A stretch of DNA of 64,000 nt from Tubulanus polymorphus (GCF_964204645.1 NC_134030.1:1595355-1659354); one strand, 5' to 3'. Counted from the stretch's first letter, positions 38,649 to 49,571 are shown. The notes: a model not told the origin generated them from the letters alone. A program made the numbers and translations.

Positions 38649-40898
38649 ATGCCACCCCCTCCTAAGGGTCAGCATCGTGGCGGGGAGGGATGCGGGCATT
38701 TGTTTGGCGCCTGGGACAACCACGATTCATGTGCGTCGTGCAGGCGCAAATCCGGTCAAATATGTGCAAGGAGCAATCCTTGCAATATTTGCGTCGTGTG
38801 GTCCGAGGACCTTTGGCTTCGGGCCGATAAGGCTCTTAAACTAAGAGATCGTCGTCGAGTTAGCAGGGATTCGTCGGTTTCGGCCGATGTGCCAACCGAC
38901 GTTTCTAATCCTGTTTCTTATCGTAAAGCGGAGCGGTCGCCGGTCGTTCAGGTACGATCGGCTTCCCAACTCCGTTCACCGGGGAAGAACGCTGGTTCAC
39001 CGGCACCGGTCTCCGGTCATTCACCGGTCTCTGGTCGTTCACCGGTTCGGCCGGTTCGGCCGGTTCAGACTACATGTTCGGAACCGAGCGCGCGCCGCGG
39101 TAGTCGCGAACGGCCCGCACCGGTTCGGTCGGTACCGGTCCGGTCCGGGTCGGGCATCGGTCCGGTTCGGTCCGGTTCGGCCACCGGTCCGGTCCAGACG
39201 TCGTCCGGTACAAAACATCCGGTACGTTCATCGTCTGATTCTGATCGTCGCTCCGGGGATAGAGCTCGCTCTCCCACTAGATTTAGACGCCGGGAGCGTA
39301 ATAAACGAGCAAGATCTCCTTCTCGCAGATCAAGGTTTGATCGCGAGAGGGACTACGATCGTTATTGTCGGAAGTTTCGCCGTCGGTCTTCTCATCGTTC
39401 GTCGACGTCGGTTAGCGATGAAAGCGATTCTTCTAGTAGGTCACGATCCCGTTCGAGGGACCGTCACCGAAGTCGGCATGATCGTCGGGATACTGGAAAA
39501 TACCTGACTCAGAAGGATTTCCATGTATTTGAGGAGAAAATTTTAAACTTGTTATCTTCGTCGCAACAAGTCGCTGCAACTTCTACAACAGGTAAGCCTA
39601 TTCCTGATTGTCCGGTTAGAAGTTCGCCAGCCCACTCAGTTTTTCGGAATTCTGACTCTGAATTCCTGGATGCTGCGGTAGGGTCTGATTTCAATGAGGA
39701 TCCGGTCCCAGAGGCGGCAATTCCTTCTGGGGTCGTTCCTGTCGCAAGCAATTGTGGGTTGCCCCAGACGATGGGGGCTTCCCTGGCTCGCAATGTATCT
39801 CCGTCCCGTTCAGTTTTATCCGAACCAGCGGGGGACATGCCATTTAGAGCGATGATAAGTGAGTTCTTTGTCAAGCACGGGGCAACTCGCGCTAAGCCCA
39901 CAGCAGCTCCTCTGGTCGGTGAGTCAATGGAAGCTTATCGCCCTCCGGACTCCGATCTTAACGTTTTACGGGAATCGTCAGCGGTTTCAAGAGAATGGGC
40001 TCGATTGGATACGCAATTATGGGGTGAATGTCGGCCTGGAACTTTTTCATTTCCCCCTCCAGAACGGGGTATGAAATCTGGGAAATATTTTAGTTCAACC
40101 GATCCACCTATAGGCGCATTTCGCTCGGCGTATTACGCAACTCCAGGTGCTGTGGATCACAGTCATAACTGCCTGGATGCTGATTATACTTTGATCAGCC
40201 CGGATACTGTTACAGCACAGTCGGGTATTCGTTTGCCTAAGTCCGGTTTGGTGGCCATGACGTCAATCCTGGACAATCTTACCAGGGTTGGTTCGTTTCA
40301 AGATATGGCACTTAAGGTGTTGACGGGTGAGCTTCGCGAGACTCACGCCGCCGTTCATGCGGGCTCCGACCCAGAGTCAGTTGCCCTAAAACTGGAGGGA
40401 ATGGACCGGATTATCCAATCTTTGGCTCGGTCTGTTTCGCATGTAATTCCGTTGTCGGTTCGGGGTCAGGCTAATCTGGTGTTAGCCTCCCGTCAGTCAG
40501 TGATGGACTCCAGTGCCAAAACTCGTCTACCGGATATGGTGTCCAATGCTTTGCTGAGAGCCCCATTGGGGACGTCTTCACGTCTCTTCTCCGGTTGGTG
40601 CGCTCCGGTTTCCGCAGAGCTGAGGAAGATTCGGGAGGTTCAGGCCAAGTCCAACCCCCGAACTCCGTGGAAAAAGCGTTCTGGTCCGACGCCGGCGGCG
40701 CAAGGTTCGGCACGGACGCAAACAGGACCATCTCAAACTTCAGCGCTTTCTCAGGCGGCTTCGGATGCCGGTTGGAGAACTAGCGCGCAACTTCAACAAT
40801 CGTGTCAAGCCTCGTCCGGTCGTAACAGTTCCGGTTCGTATCGAGGCAAGGGGAAGGCTCCAAAAAGGGGCTCTTCCTTTCGGAAAAACTCGAAATGA
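38649..40898 (+). CDS. gag: DIRS ORF1 (gag-like), 749 aa from the first ATG
   Basis: N-terminal Cys/His cluster CGH..DNHDSCASC..C....CNIC, RS/SP-rich middle, position typical of DIRS ORF1. Confidence 0.88.
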   Translation: MPPPPKGQHRGGEGCGHLFGAWDNHDSCASCRRKSGQICARSNPCNICVVWSEDLWLRADKALKLRDRRRVSRDSSVSADVPTDVSNPVSYRKAERSPVVQVRSASQLRSPGKNAGSPAPVSGHSPVSGRSPVRPVRPVQTTCSEPSARRGSRERPAPVRSVPVRSGSGIGPVRSGSATGPVQTSSGTKHPVRSSSDSDRRSGDRARSPTRFRRRERNKRARSPSRRSRFDRERDYDRYCRKFRRRSSHRSSTSVSDESDSSSRSRSRSRDRHRSRHDRRDTGKYLTQKDFHVFEEKILNLLSSSQQVAATSTTGKPIPDCPVRSSPAHSVFRNSDSEFLDAAVGSDFNEDPVPEAAIPSGVVPVASNCGLPQTMGASLARNVSPSRSVLSEPAGDMPFRAMISEFFVKHGATRAKPTAAPLVGESMEAYRPPDSDLNVLRESSAVSREWARLDTQLWGECRPGTFSFPPPERGMKSGKYFSSTDPPIGAFRSAYYATPGAVDHSHNCLDADYTLISPDTVTAQSGIRLPKSGLVAMTSILDNLTRVGSFQDMALKVLTGELRETHAAVHAGSDPESVALKLEGMDRIIQSLARSVSHVIPLSVRGQANLVLASRQSVMDSSAKTRLPDMVSNALLRAPLGTSSRLFSGWCAPVSAELRKIREVQAKSNPRTPWKKRSGPTPAAQGSARTQTGPSQTSALSQAASDAGWRTSAQLQQSCQASSGRNSSGSYRGKGKAPKRGSSFRKNSK

Positions 40899-42936
40899 AT
40901 TCTTGGGACCAGTGGGAGGTTGTCTGCAGCAGGCAGCAACCCACTGGTCCGACCTCTTTGGAGACGGTTGGCCCTCCCGGGTCGTCTCTCGGGGCTACCG
41001 TCTCCGTTTCCTAAGGCGACCGCGCCTGATGAGGTCACCTCCCGACATGCGGCCAAAACCAGGTCAGGAGGCCTTAATCTCTCCGGCTCTCAAGGAACTG
41101 GCAGAGAAGGGAGCGATAGAACCAGTTTGCAACGAAACTTCTCCCGGCTGGTTTTCTCGAATATTCATGGTACCAAAGGCCACAGGGGGTCAACGGACAG
41201 TGATAGATCTGTCATCCCTCAATCGGCACCTAGACATTCCAAGGTTCCGGATGACCAAGCCCAAGGACGTGATTCAAGGGCTCCGTCCGGGTCAATGGGC
41301 GGCTTCATTGGACCTGAAAGATGCTTACTTTCAGGTTCCAATTCACCCAAAATCTCGGCGATTTCTCAGGATAAAGTGGAAAGGCCGCCAGTTCCAATTC
41401 AGGTCTCTTCCATTTGGCCTCAGTACGGCCCCGTGGGTTTTCACCAAGTTGGTCAAGTCAGTTCAGAAGGTACTTCAGTCAAGGGGTGTTCGACTGTTCG
41501 TTTACCTCGACGACTGGTTAATAGTCGCGAATTCGGCTCAGGAATGTCGGGAGGCAATGACCTCAGTCTTGGACTTAGTCCATCAGCTAGGGTTCCGCGT
41601 AAACAGGGAAAAATCTCAGTTGACGCCGGCCCAACAGTTCACTTATCTCGGCATGGACTTCGATCTCCGAATCGGCAAAGTCTTTCCGTCTATGGTTCGA
41701 GTGGCCAAACTTCAAGAAGCTGTAGCGGGAGTGTCCACAACCCCGAGAACAGCTCGTTACTGGTCACGGCTTCTAGGCTCCATCAGCTCCATGGGTCTGG
41801 TGGTGCCCTTAGGCCGCCTCAGAAGCAGGCGCTTGCAACAATATTGGAAGGTCTTCTGGTCTCAGTCGAAGGGCAACTGGGAGGCCTTGATTCCCGTACC
41901 TCCAACCGATCTAAGTCCGGATCTTCAGTGGTGGGCGGCCACTACGAATCTTCGGCTCGGGGTGTCACTAGCCCCGTTAGAGGCTCCAGTTCGTGTATTC
42001 ACGGATGCCAGTCACCAAGGTTGGGGGGCACATCTGGAGAACCGAGTCAAAGCCGGGAAATGGTCTCGCTACGAGGCCACCAACCACATAAATTTCCTAG
42101 AAATGCTGGCCGTGTGGAAGGCCCTGAAGTTCTTTCACAGGAGAGTGGAGGGCCACCACGTTTGGTTAGCCACAGACAATTCAACAGTGAGGGCTTACCT
42201 TCAGAACCAAGGGGGCACTCACTCAGAAACCCTCACAGGTCTGTCGGCCAAAATTCTTCTTTGGTGTCAGACAAAGGGCGTGTCCCTGACTGTGGCACAT
42301 TTAGCAGGGAAAAGGAACGTGATGGCCGATGCTCTGTCTCGTCGAGGTCAGGCTATTGCGACAGAATGGGTTCTCCACCAAGAAGTAGCCGATCGGGTTC
42401 GGGGCATTTTTGGCAATCCGCTGCTGGATCTGTTTGCCACCCGGTTCAATCGGAGGTGTCCTCTGTTTGTGTCCCCGTTTCCAGACGCGGAAGCGTGGGG
42501 GGTCGATGCCTTCTCTCTGGACTGGTCGGGGATGCATGCGTATGCGTTCCCGCCCACACCAGTCCTGCCGCGCTTACTGGATCAAATAGAGAGATCAGTC
42601 AATTGCAACATAGTTCTGGTAGCACCATGTTGGCCGGCTCAGAAATGGTTCCTACCACTTCTCAACCTACTGTGCGACAACCCCAGGATTCTTCCGAATT
42701 TCCCATCGCTTCTGTCTCAGGGGATCTTTCGGCATCATCCAAACAGCCAGTGGTTAAATCTGCTCGCCTGGCCATTGTCCAGCGATCCTTGTCAGCTTCA
42801 GGCTTTTCAGAACAGGCTGCCTCCTTTATCGCAGGATCTAAGCGGCCATCAACAAGTACCATTTACGATGCCAAGTGGAGTCATTTTGCGGATTGGTGTG
42901 CTGCAGGGGAAATTGATCCATGCTCACCCTCTGTAG
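40765..42936 (+). CDS. pol: DIRS ORF2: reverse transcriptase, RNase H and C-terminal adenine-methyltransferase-like domain
   Basis: LDLKDAYF, LPFGL, YLDD; FTDAS..GWG, INFLEM, TDN, ADALSR; DLFA...DAF...AYAFPP. Confidence 0.96.
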   Translation: MPVGELARNFNNRVKPRPVVTVPVRIEARGRLQKGALPFGKTRNEFLGPVGGCLQQAATHWSDLFGDGWPSRVVSRGYRLRFLRRPRLMRSPPDMRPKPGQEALISPALKELAEKGAIEPVCNETSPGWFSRIFMVPKATGGQRTVIDLSSLNRHLDIPRFRMTKPKDVIQGLRPGQWAASLDLKDAYFQVPIHPKSRRFLRIKWKGRQFQFRSLPFGLSTAPWVFTKLVKSVQKVLQSRGVRLFVYLDDWLIVANSAQECREAMTSVLDLVHQLGFRVNREKSQLTPAQQFTYLGMDFDLRIGKVFPSMVRVAKLQEAVAGVSTTPRTARYWSRLLGSISSMGLVVPLGRLRSRRLQQYWKVFWSQSKGNWEALIPVPPTDLSPDLQWWAATTNLRLGVSLAPLEAPVRVFTDASHQGWGAHLENRVKAGKWSRYEATNHINFLEMLAVWKALKFFHRRVEGHHVWLATDNSTVRAYLQNQGGTHSETLTGLSAKILLWCQTKGVSLTVAHLAGKRNVMADALSRRGQAIATEWVLHQEVADRVRGIFGNPLLDLFATRFNRRCPLFVSPFPDAEAWGVDAFSLDWSGMHAYAFPPTPVLPRLLDQIERSVNCNIVLVAPCWPAQKWFLPLLNLLCDNPRILPNFPSLLSQGIFRHHPNSQWLNLLAWPLSSDPCQLQAFQNRLPPLSQDLSGHQQVPFTMPSGVILRIGVLQGKLIHAHPL

Positions 42937-43847
42937 CTCAATTGGCAGATTTTTTACTGCACCTATTTGTAGCAAAAGGTTTACAGGTCATAACTATTAA
43001 AGGTTACCGCTCCGCGATTTCTCATACATTGCGTGCTTCTGGATGGCCAAATGTAGCAGGGGATCATCGGATATCCCAGCTGGTTGCTGGGTTTTCTATT
43101 TCCCGGCCTCGGGTAACAAGGACAGTTCCACCATGGGATCTGTCTGTAATTTTGAAGAAGTTAATGGAGGCTCCATTTGAACCTCTTTCGGCAGCGTCTT
43201 TTGCAAATTTGTCAAAAAAGACTGTATTTTTGCTGTTCTTGGCTTGCTCGGCCCGTCGCTCTGAGATTCATGCGCTTTCAGTCCGACCAGGTCACATTGT
43301 CTTTGGGCCAGCGAATGAATTTGTTTCGCTGCGGCCTGCTTTGGAATTTTTGGCAAAGAACCAACGACCAGGCTCGGTTGGGCGTCAATGGCGAATTGAA
43401 GCCCTAAAACATCGAGTGGAACCGGGCATCCCGGACAGGACTTTATGTCCTGTGCGGGCGTTGTGTTTCTATTTAGATCGCTCTGCTTCACGGAGGGGTT
43501 CACGGGAGCGGTTATTTATTCCGCTGCTGGATCACCTAAAGGGTGATATTTCGCGGGACACAGTAGCCCGATGGGTCTCTTCAATGATCAAGGACATTTT
43601 ATTGAAGGAGAATCTTTCCTCGGAGGGAGTCGTTTCTCATCAAGTGAGGTCTATGGCTACTTCCTGCGCAGCCTTTTCGGGTGCTCCGTTGGAGGAAGTC
43701 TGTCGGGCCGCCTTTTGGAATTCACCGTCGACATTCACGTCATTTTATTTACGGGATGTTTCAGGCCAGTTAGGCTCATTAGCTTCACTGGGTCCTGTTG
43801 TCATGGCTCAAGGTGTCCGTTCTTTCCGATCGGACCCTTTAGTGTAG
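40920..43847 (+). CDS. DIRS ORF3: tyrosine recombinase with an N-terminal extension overlapping ORF2 (true start uncertain)
   Basis: ARRSEI (R), LAKNQ (K), CPVRAL, HQVRS (HxxR), AAFW, FTSFY (Y). Confidence 0.93.
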   Translation: MSAAGSNPLVRPLWRRLALPGRLSGLPSPFPKATAPDEVTSRHAAKTRSGGLNLSGSQGTGREGSDRTSLQRNFSRLVFSNIHGTKGHRGSTDSDRSVIPQSAPRHSKVPDDQAQGRDSRAPSGSMGGFIGPERCLLSGSNSPKISAISQDKVERPPVPIQVSSIWPQYGPVGFHQVGQVSSEGTSVKGCSTVRLPRRLVNSREFGSGMSGGNDLSLGLSPSARVPRKQGKISVDAGPTVHLSRHGLRSPNRQSLSVYGSSGQTSRSCSGSVHNPENSSLLVTASRLHQLHGSGGALRPPQKQALATILEGLLVSVEGQLGGLDSRTSNRSKSGSSVVGGHYESSARGVTSPVRGSSSCIHGCQSPRLGGTSGEPSQSREMVSLRGHQPHKFPRNAGRVEGPEVLSQESGGPPRLVSHRQFNSEGLPSEPRGHSLRNPHRSVGQNSSLVSDKGRVPDCGTFSREKERDGRCSVSSRSGYCDRMGSPPRSSRSGSGHFWQSAAGSVCHPVQSEVSSVCVPVSRRGSVGGRCLLSGLVGDACVCVPAHTSPAALTGSNREISQLQHSSGSTMLAGSEMVPTTSQPTVRQPQDSSEFPIASVSGDLSASSKQPVVKSARLAIVQRSLSASGFSEQAASFIAGSKRPSTSTIYDAKWSHFADWCAAGEIDPCSPSVAQLADFLLHLFVAKGLQVITIKGYRSAISHTLRASGWPNVAGDHRISQLVAGFSISRPRVTRTVPPWDLSVILKKLMEAPFEPLSAASFANLSKKTVFLLFLACSARRSEIHALSVRPGHIVFGPANEFVSLRPALEFLAKNQRPGSVGRQWRIEALKHRVEPGIPDRTLCPVRALCFYLDRSASRRGSRERLFIPLLDHLKGDISRDTVARWVSSMIKDILLKENLSSEGVVSHQVRSMATSCAAFSGAPLEEVCRAAFWNSPSTFTSFYLRDVSGQLGSLASLGPVVMAQGVRSFRSDPLV

Positions 43848-44106
43848 AATATTTATGTAGCATTATCAGGATCACAGGGGGTGTATCCTTGTACATAGTT
43901 TGGGCTCATATCTGCAAGTATTAATTTCGCAAAATTCTGGGGGGGGCCCCTGAGCTGGACGGACTCACTGTGGCCAACCGGTCTTCCCTGTGCTACAGTG
44001 CTCCATTCCGTGCTTGGGTAAGTGCTCTCTTTTTCCCTCTTACCTTGCGTTTGAGCGGTGGTTTTTCTATCTACCTTTCCCACCATCCTTGTGCTAGGCT
44101 AGTCTA

Positions 44107-44204
44107 GCAAAAACCATAGGAAAGGGTACAGTACTCGATGGAAATATTACAATTTTTGGAACTAAAATTTGTATTTCCGAGTAGTACTTACCCTTTCCTA
44201 TGGT
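44107..44204 (+). other. DIRS internal complementary region (ICR)
   Basis: First half complements the element 5' end (tatttccatcgagtactg), second half complements the 3' extension (..ttccaaaaattgtaa). Confidence 0.95.
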
Positions 44205-44257
44205 GGGAATCCCGCCCACCTGCCCCGCATAGCTGTTTTTTTTTGGTCTGCTATGAC

Positions 44258-44421
44258 GAAAAAAGATGGCGGATTTCGCCGGTGGCTAAATGCAATACCG
44301 CAGGGCCGGGTCGTATAGAAAAACCATTGGCGATAAATCCAAATTTAGAAAATATTGGCAAAAACCATAGGAAAGGGTAAGTACTACTCGGAAATACAAA
44401 TTTTAGTTCCAAAAATTGTAA
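44258..44421 (-). repeat. DIRS right ITR plus 3' extension
   Basis: Inverse of the left ITR, then ~42 nt matching the ICR. Confidence 0.95.
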
Positions 44422-44655
44422 TTTTTAGGTTAGAACACTGTTTTTCTGTTAGATCGCAGTTTTTTGTTAGATCGCTGTTTTAGGTTGGATCGCTGTTTTA
44501 GGTTAGATCGCAGTTTTTTGTTAGGTCGCTGTTTTTGGGTTAGAAAGCTGTTTTTGTGTTAGATTGGTGTTTTTAGGTTAGATCGCTATTTTTGTGTAAG
44601 ATCGCTGTTTTTGGGTTAGATCGCTGTTTTTGGGTTAGATCACTGTTTTTGTGTT
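44422..44655 (+). repeat. 21-22 bp satellite, right part
   Basis: Resumes in register (tttttaggttag) after the DIRS element. Confidence 0.95.
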
Positions 44656-44706
44656 TTTGTCAATCATCATATCAAGATTTGCAATCCCAGTTGCCTTCAA
44701 GTTTCA

Positions 44707-45190
44707 TATAGAGAATTAGTGGATGTGGTGTCCCTGGACCCCTACATGCACCATATAGAGAATTAGTGGATGTGGTGTCCCTGGACCCCTACATGTACCA
44801 TATAGAGAATTAGTGGATGTGGTGTTCCTGGACCCCTACATGCACCATATAGAGAATTAGTGGATGTGGTGTCCCTGGACCCCTACATGCACCATATAGA
44901 GAATTAGTGGATGTGGTGTCCCTGGACCCCTACATGCACCATATAGAGAATTAGTGGATGTGGTGTCCCTGGACCCCTACATGCACCATATAGAGAATTA
45001 GTGGATGTGGTGTCCCTGGACCCCTACATGCACCATATAGAGAATTAGTGGATGTGGTGTCCCTGGACCCCTACATGCACCATATAGAGAATTAGTGGAT
45101 GTGGTGTCCCTGGACCCCTACATGCACCATATAGAGAATTAGTGGATGTGGTGTCCCTGGACCCCTACATGCACCATATAGAGAATTAGT
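44707..45190 (+). repeat. 47-bp minisatellite, ~10 copies
   Basis: gagaattagtggatgtggtgtccctggacccctacatgcaccatata, period 47. Confidence 0.97.
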
Positions 45191-45258
45191 TCACTGAACC
45201 AGAATAAGACCGACTGATATATTTTCAAATGATTTAATATTTTTACTTGTTTTTCTAG

Positions 45259-48200
45259 ATGCCAAAAGCCACAAAGAAAACCCGGGGCGCGGGGCCCTCA
45301 ACATCTAGCCCCTATAATAAAGTAAGTACAAATTTACTGCTTCCATGCTTATTTATTCATACTTAGTATTTTGTACCCCTGGGTCCAGTTTCACAAAAAG
45401 GATAAACGCCTTAATCGATTTAAGATAAACTGAATTAATGAAGAAATTAAATCGATTTAAGAGTTAAACCTGTTTGTGAAACTAGGCCCTGAATTGCATC
45501 TAGAATGAAAAAAAAGAAAAAAAAATATTGAATATAACGTTGGTGAAATATTTCTGGATCTTTCTGGATTTCTGCTCAATGCATCGTTTAGTAAAATATC
45601 GATATTCTCTAAAAGTAAAGATATAAGAATAAAAATATTGTATTGAATCGTGATTAGTTACTGTATGCGCTGCTAGTTGTTGCCCAACCCATAGCCTCAT
45701 TTCTCTCCATTCTAAATTTGCATTGTTTAACATTGTCTGGTCGCTATGGAAACTATTTATTTAAGTTTCTTTGTTGTATCCATGGCAACAGTAACGTTTA
45801 GGTAGTGGCACCAATTATGGGTCCCAACGTTCCCATGGCGATACATGAGAACATTTATCCTATTTTTGACCTTCATGACGTAAGATGGTAGTGAGTCGAT
45901 GACGTCATTTTCGTCTCACCACTAATGAAAAAAAAAATGAAATGAAAAAAAAGGAAAAAATCGTTAGAATTACGTTTATGAAATTTTTCTGGATCGGCTA
46001 AATGTATTGTTCCATTAAATATCGACATTCTCTAAAATTATAGGCATCAATATCAAAATGATGATACAGCAGACTCCGCTTAACTCTGTTCTATTTGGAC
46101 CATTAATTAACCGAATACCAACTTTTTAAAATTTTAGGATTTTAACTTTAAGGATCAGAAAATGTGTATGCAATTTCAACCGGGTACCGAGTAGGGTGGC
46201 CGAGTCTACTGTAGTCTGCTGCCCCCTCGAATCCATTACCTTATTATCTCTCAATTTGCATTGTTTGACCTCGTCTGGTTGCTATGGAAACTATTTAGTT
46301 ATATCAGGAACGGTTTTTTCGAGGTAACCAGTGGCAACATTTAACAGGCGTGTCCGTCCTAGAGATAAACTGTCTGATTTCACAGCCACATCCGTCCTGG
46401 AGATAAACTGTTAGATAAACTCTGATTTCGCGTCTGTCCTATTTCTTGTCATTGTATGAATATGTTTTCTCTTTTATAGGGTACAGCGCAGCAACAACAA
46501 CAACAACAACAACAACAGCAACAGCAACAACAACAACAAAAATTTAATATTTCTATGTCGGGAATAGACGTAAGTTATCGTAAACGCCTGTTTGAAGTCA
46601 TCATTCTTGAGCTTGAAACCGAAATTTATATTATAGAATATTAAACCCTGCTTCTGCTACTGACAGGTAATGTCCGTCATACATTACTGCATCGTCAAAT
46701 CTATACCAGGGTGCACCCAGGCAGATCGTTCGCATCATCACATGCAAAGGGCTGATTATTTTGGAACCCAGTTTTTATCAGCTGGAACATTCTGCACATT
46801 CGACCATATTGATTGATAGCCCGTTATAGACGAGTGGAGAAAAACTGAAAAACCAGTTCGGAAAAACTTCGATTGATTTCACTCACATTTACAGAAATTT
46901 GGTCCGACCCCAAAACCATTTACTTACACTATACAAATCAGATCAGGTTTTTAACATTGTCCTTGATTGTATTTTCAGTTTTTGCCGACAACGCCACCGA
47001 GTGGTGTACCGCCTTCTACACCGGTAAGTGATAACTATTTTCTAATAAATCACGCTTATTTCAATCTGTAATTTGAAAATAGAGGGTAGTAGCTGTTATG
47101 TATAAATTATGCTAATTAGGAATAAATTCAAATTCGATTAAGTCTCATCATCGTAGAAGTCATATATTAATGATGCTAAAGTTGTCATTTAAATTAAGTG
47201 TTATATTTACTACTTCATTTGCTTCATGACCCAAAAACCTCTACTATATAACTACTGGTTTTGTTCTAATCTTGGAGAATTTGCTGCAAAATTTACTTAT
47301 CATTTGTTAAACAGTTTTTATTGAAAACCTGAATCAGTGATACATGCATTCATGAATATCCATCTAATATTTTGTTTTATTTTATCTTTACAGGATTTAT
47401 CACCGATACAGCACGTGGACGTAAGAGATTAAACATTGATCTTGAATTTTAAGTTCAAACTAATTTATTTTTTATCTCACTCGGGACTATAGTTATTGCG
47501 TTCACTTTGCGTCCAGTTGTCTCGGCTAGTTTTTGATTTATCGTGTTGATAATTGGTTTATATACTCAAACTCAAAATATCGGCGCAATTGGAATTAAGA
47601 TGGCGCACTTGTATGTCCATTTTTTTCCCCGGCAAAATTAGCACTTTAGCAGATTTTAAGGATCAATTCTGTTGTTATATTACATTGAAATCAGAGTTTA
47701 ATATATATCGGTATAGAGCAGATTTTTGCTCTAGTTATAAATAAAGTTATAAATAATCTCATGACATGTTCTGTATATGTGTAGTGAGTTTCAATGTCTT
47801 TGGTTCCTTTTAAACCAGGGGGAGTTAAATTTGAAAATGTCAGATCGTCGAGCATTTCAGACCGCTTCCAAAGTGGGTCCCTGCACCCCTAGTTATACCG
47901 TTAATATTTTAATAATATATTGATATACCATACATTGATATCAGTCTTGTAATTGGATCAACAACCATGAGATCAAAACACAGCAAATATGAACCTGCTG
48001 TGAATCAATAGATTTGTGATAAATGTAATGAAATTGTTATTTTTCATATTGACTTTTTGAGTTAAGGGTCTGTTGTATAAGAGTATTTGGTATCGCGTGT
48101 CAATGTATGATATCAATCTGTATTTCCTCGTTCCAATGTTTAAAAGGTGTTCGTCACCTTATATTAATAAACTACTTTTACCGTTAGATGGCGCCATAAG

Positions 48201-49540
48201 TGTGATATTTGATTTATGGGATACCCGCAAAACCAGCTATTCCACCAGATGGCGCAACGAGTAGTAGGTCGTTCGTTGTCAAAATTAGTTCATTTTCGAT
48301 GAACTTTGAACTGGTTTGAAGAAGAAATACTTTCATTCTTCTACTCTGATATCGATTTAGTTTTCATTAATAATTGATTCATTTAAGAGAACAATTCATT
48401 CAGATTTAATTGAAATGTACAAGAAAATCGAACGCAGACGACCAACTATTTACTAGCGACACCTGGTGGATCCTCGCCTGCCATAAGTGGAATCCTCGAT
48501 TGCCACAGTAAGACTGCGGGTATCCCATTGTTTGGCGTGTGAATTAAAGTAAAGTTAGAAAACGGATGTTTAACTTTGTTGTGAAACGAAAGCGTTTTGG
48601 AGATTTTTAAACCAATCAAATCAATATTTTGATATTACGCTTGAAACCCTTCCCACTCATATTCTACTTACTAAGTATATATTCTTGTTTCCGTGGAAAT
48701 CATGGTGAGTGGCGCCATCTATACAGTGGAGTTAGCTTTATAAATCGAGCATGATTCGACAAGTGGCTCCATCTATTCCCTAATACTGAAGCGAGGTAAC
48801 CAGCAGCGCCCTCATATACAGGAAATGAACGCCTATCAAGTTTAACAATGCACGGTGTATTGACCACAGCGACCGGTGATAATTATATCAATGTTGATTA
48901 GCTATTGCCATAGACAGGTCCGTAGCGTTTGACTGGACCAGAACGGGGCCCCCTAACCAAAACAAATTTTGAAAACGTGCCCAGATAAATTGCCTCTGGG
49001 AGATTGATTTAACGAGGTTTTGATTAAATGAACAAATTTTAATATTTGTAAGTTTAACATTTCTGTTTTTAATTTTTCTTTGCGAGGAACTGAATTTTCG
49101 AACCCCCCCGAACCGCCTCAAGCTACGTTCCTGATATAGTGCTAGCTATACCTGAATACTTTTCTCTTATTGAAATTGTCTAAAAAACCAGCACCTTGAA
49201 CTAATGAACGTCATAATGAAAATGTTTAAAAATTCAACCATTAATGAATTTGACTAATGTATTTTTTTTATTTTCATTTCTAGCATCAGTTTGCCTCAGA
49301 GGCAAGGTCGCCGTCGCTTAATGTAAGTATCAGTGACGCCCTCAATCTCACATGCCTCACTTCCCTCCTAATGTAACCATTTTTATGAAATTCCTCAAGA
49401 AAATATATACTAGTAATCTTAGAATACACGTTTTTGTACCCAGACCCCTTCATTCTACTGAACTACCGTGTAATAAGTGCCTGTTGTGTTTATTTTCTGT
49501 TGCATTGATTTATATATTATTTCTATTTACAGTTGTCAAA

Positions 49541-49571
<31 letters not shown>

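Larger units (their letters stand above)
38306..44421 (+). mobile_element. Full-length DIRS1-like tyrosine-recombinase retrotransposon, 6116 bp
   Basis: ITRs, ICR, and intact gag, RT-RNase H-MT and YR ORFs; no TSD. Confidence 0.97.

Noticed and set aside
38887-44380. Small alternative-frame and antisense ORFs inside the DIRS element
   Set aside because: By-products of GC-rich coding sequence and ITRs; no motifs
45259-45321. Histone H2B or H1 identity for the MPKA..KK peptide
   Set aside because: Only compositional resemblance to a histone tail; no histone fold or globular H1 domain in any downstream exon
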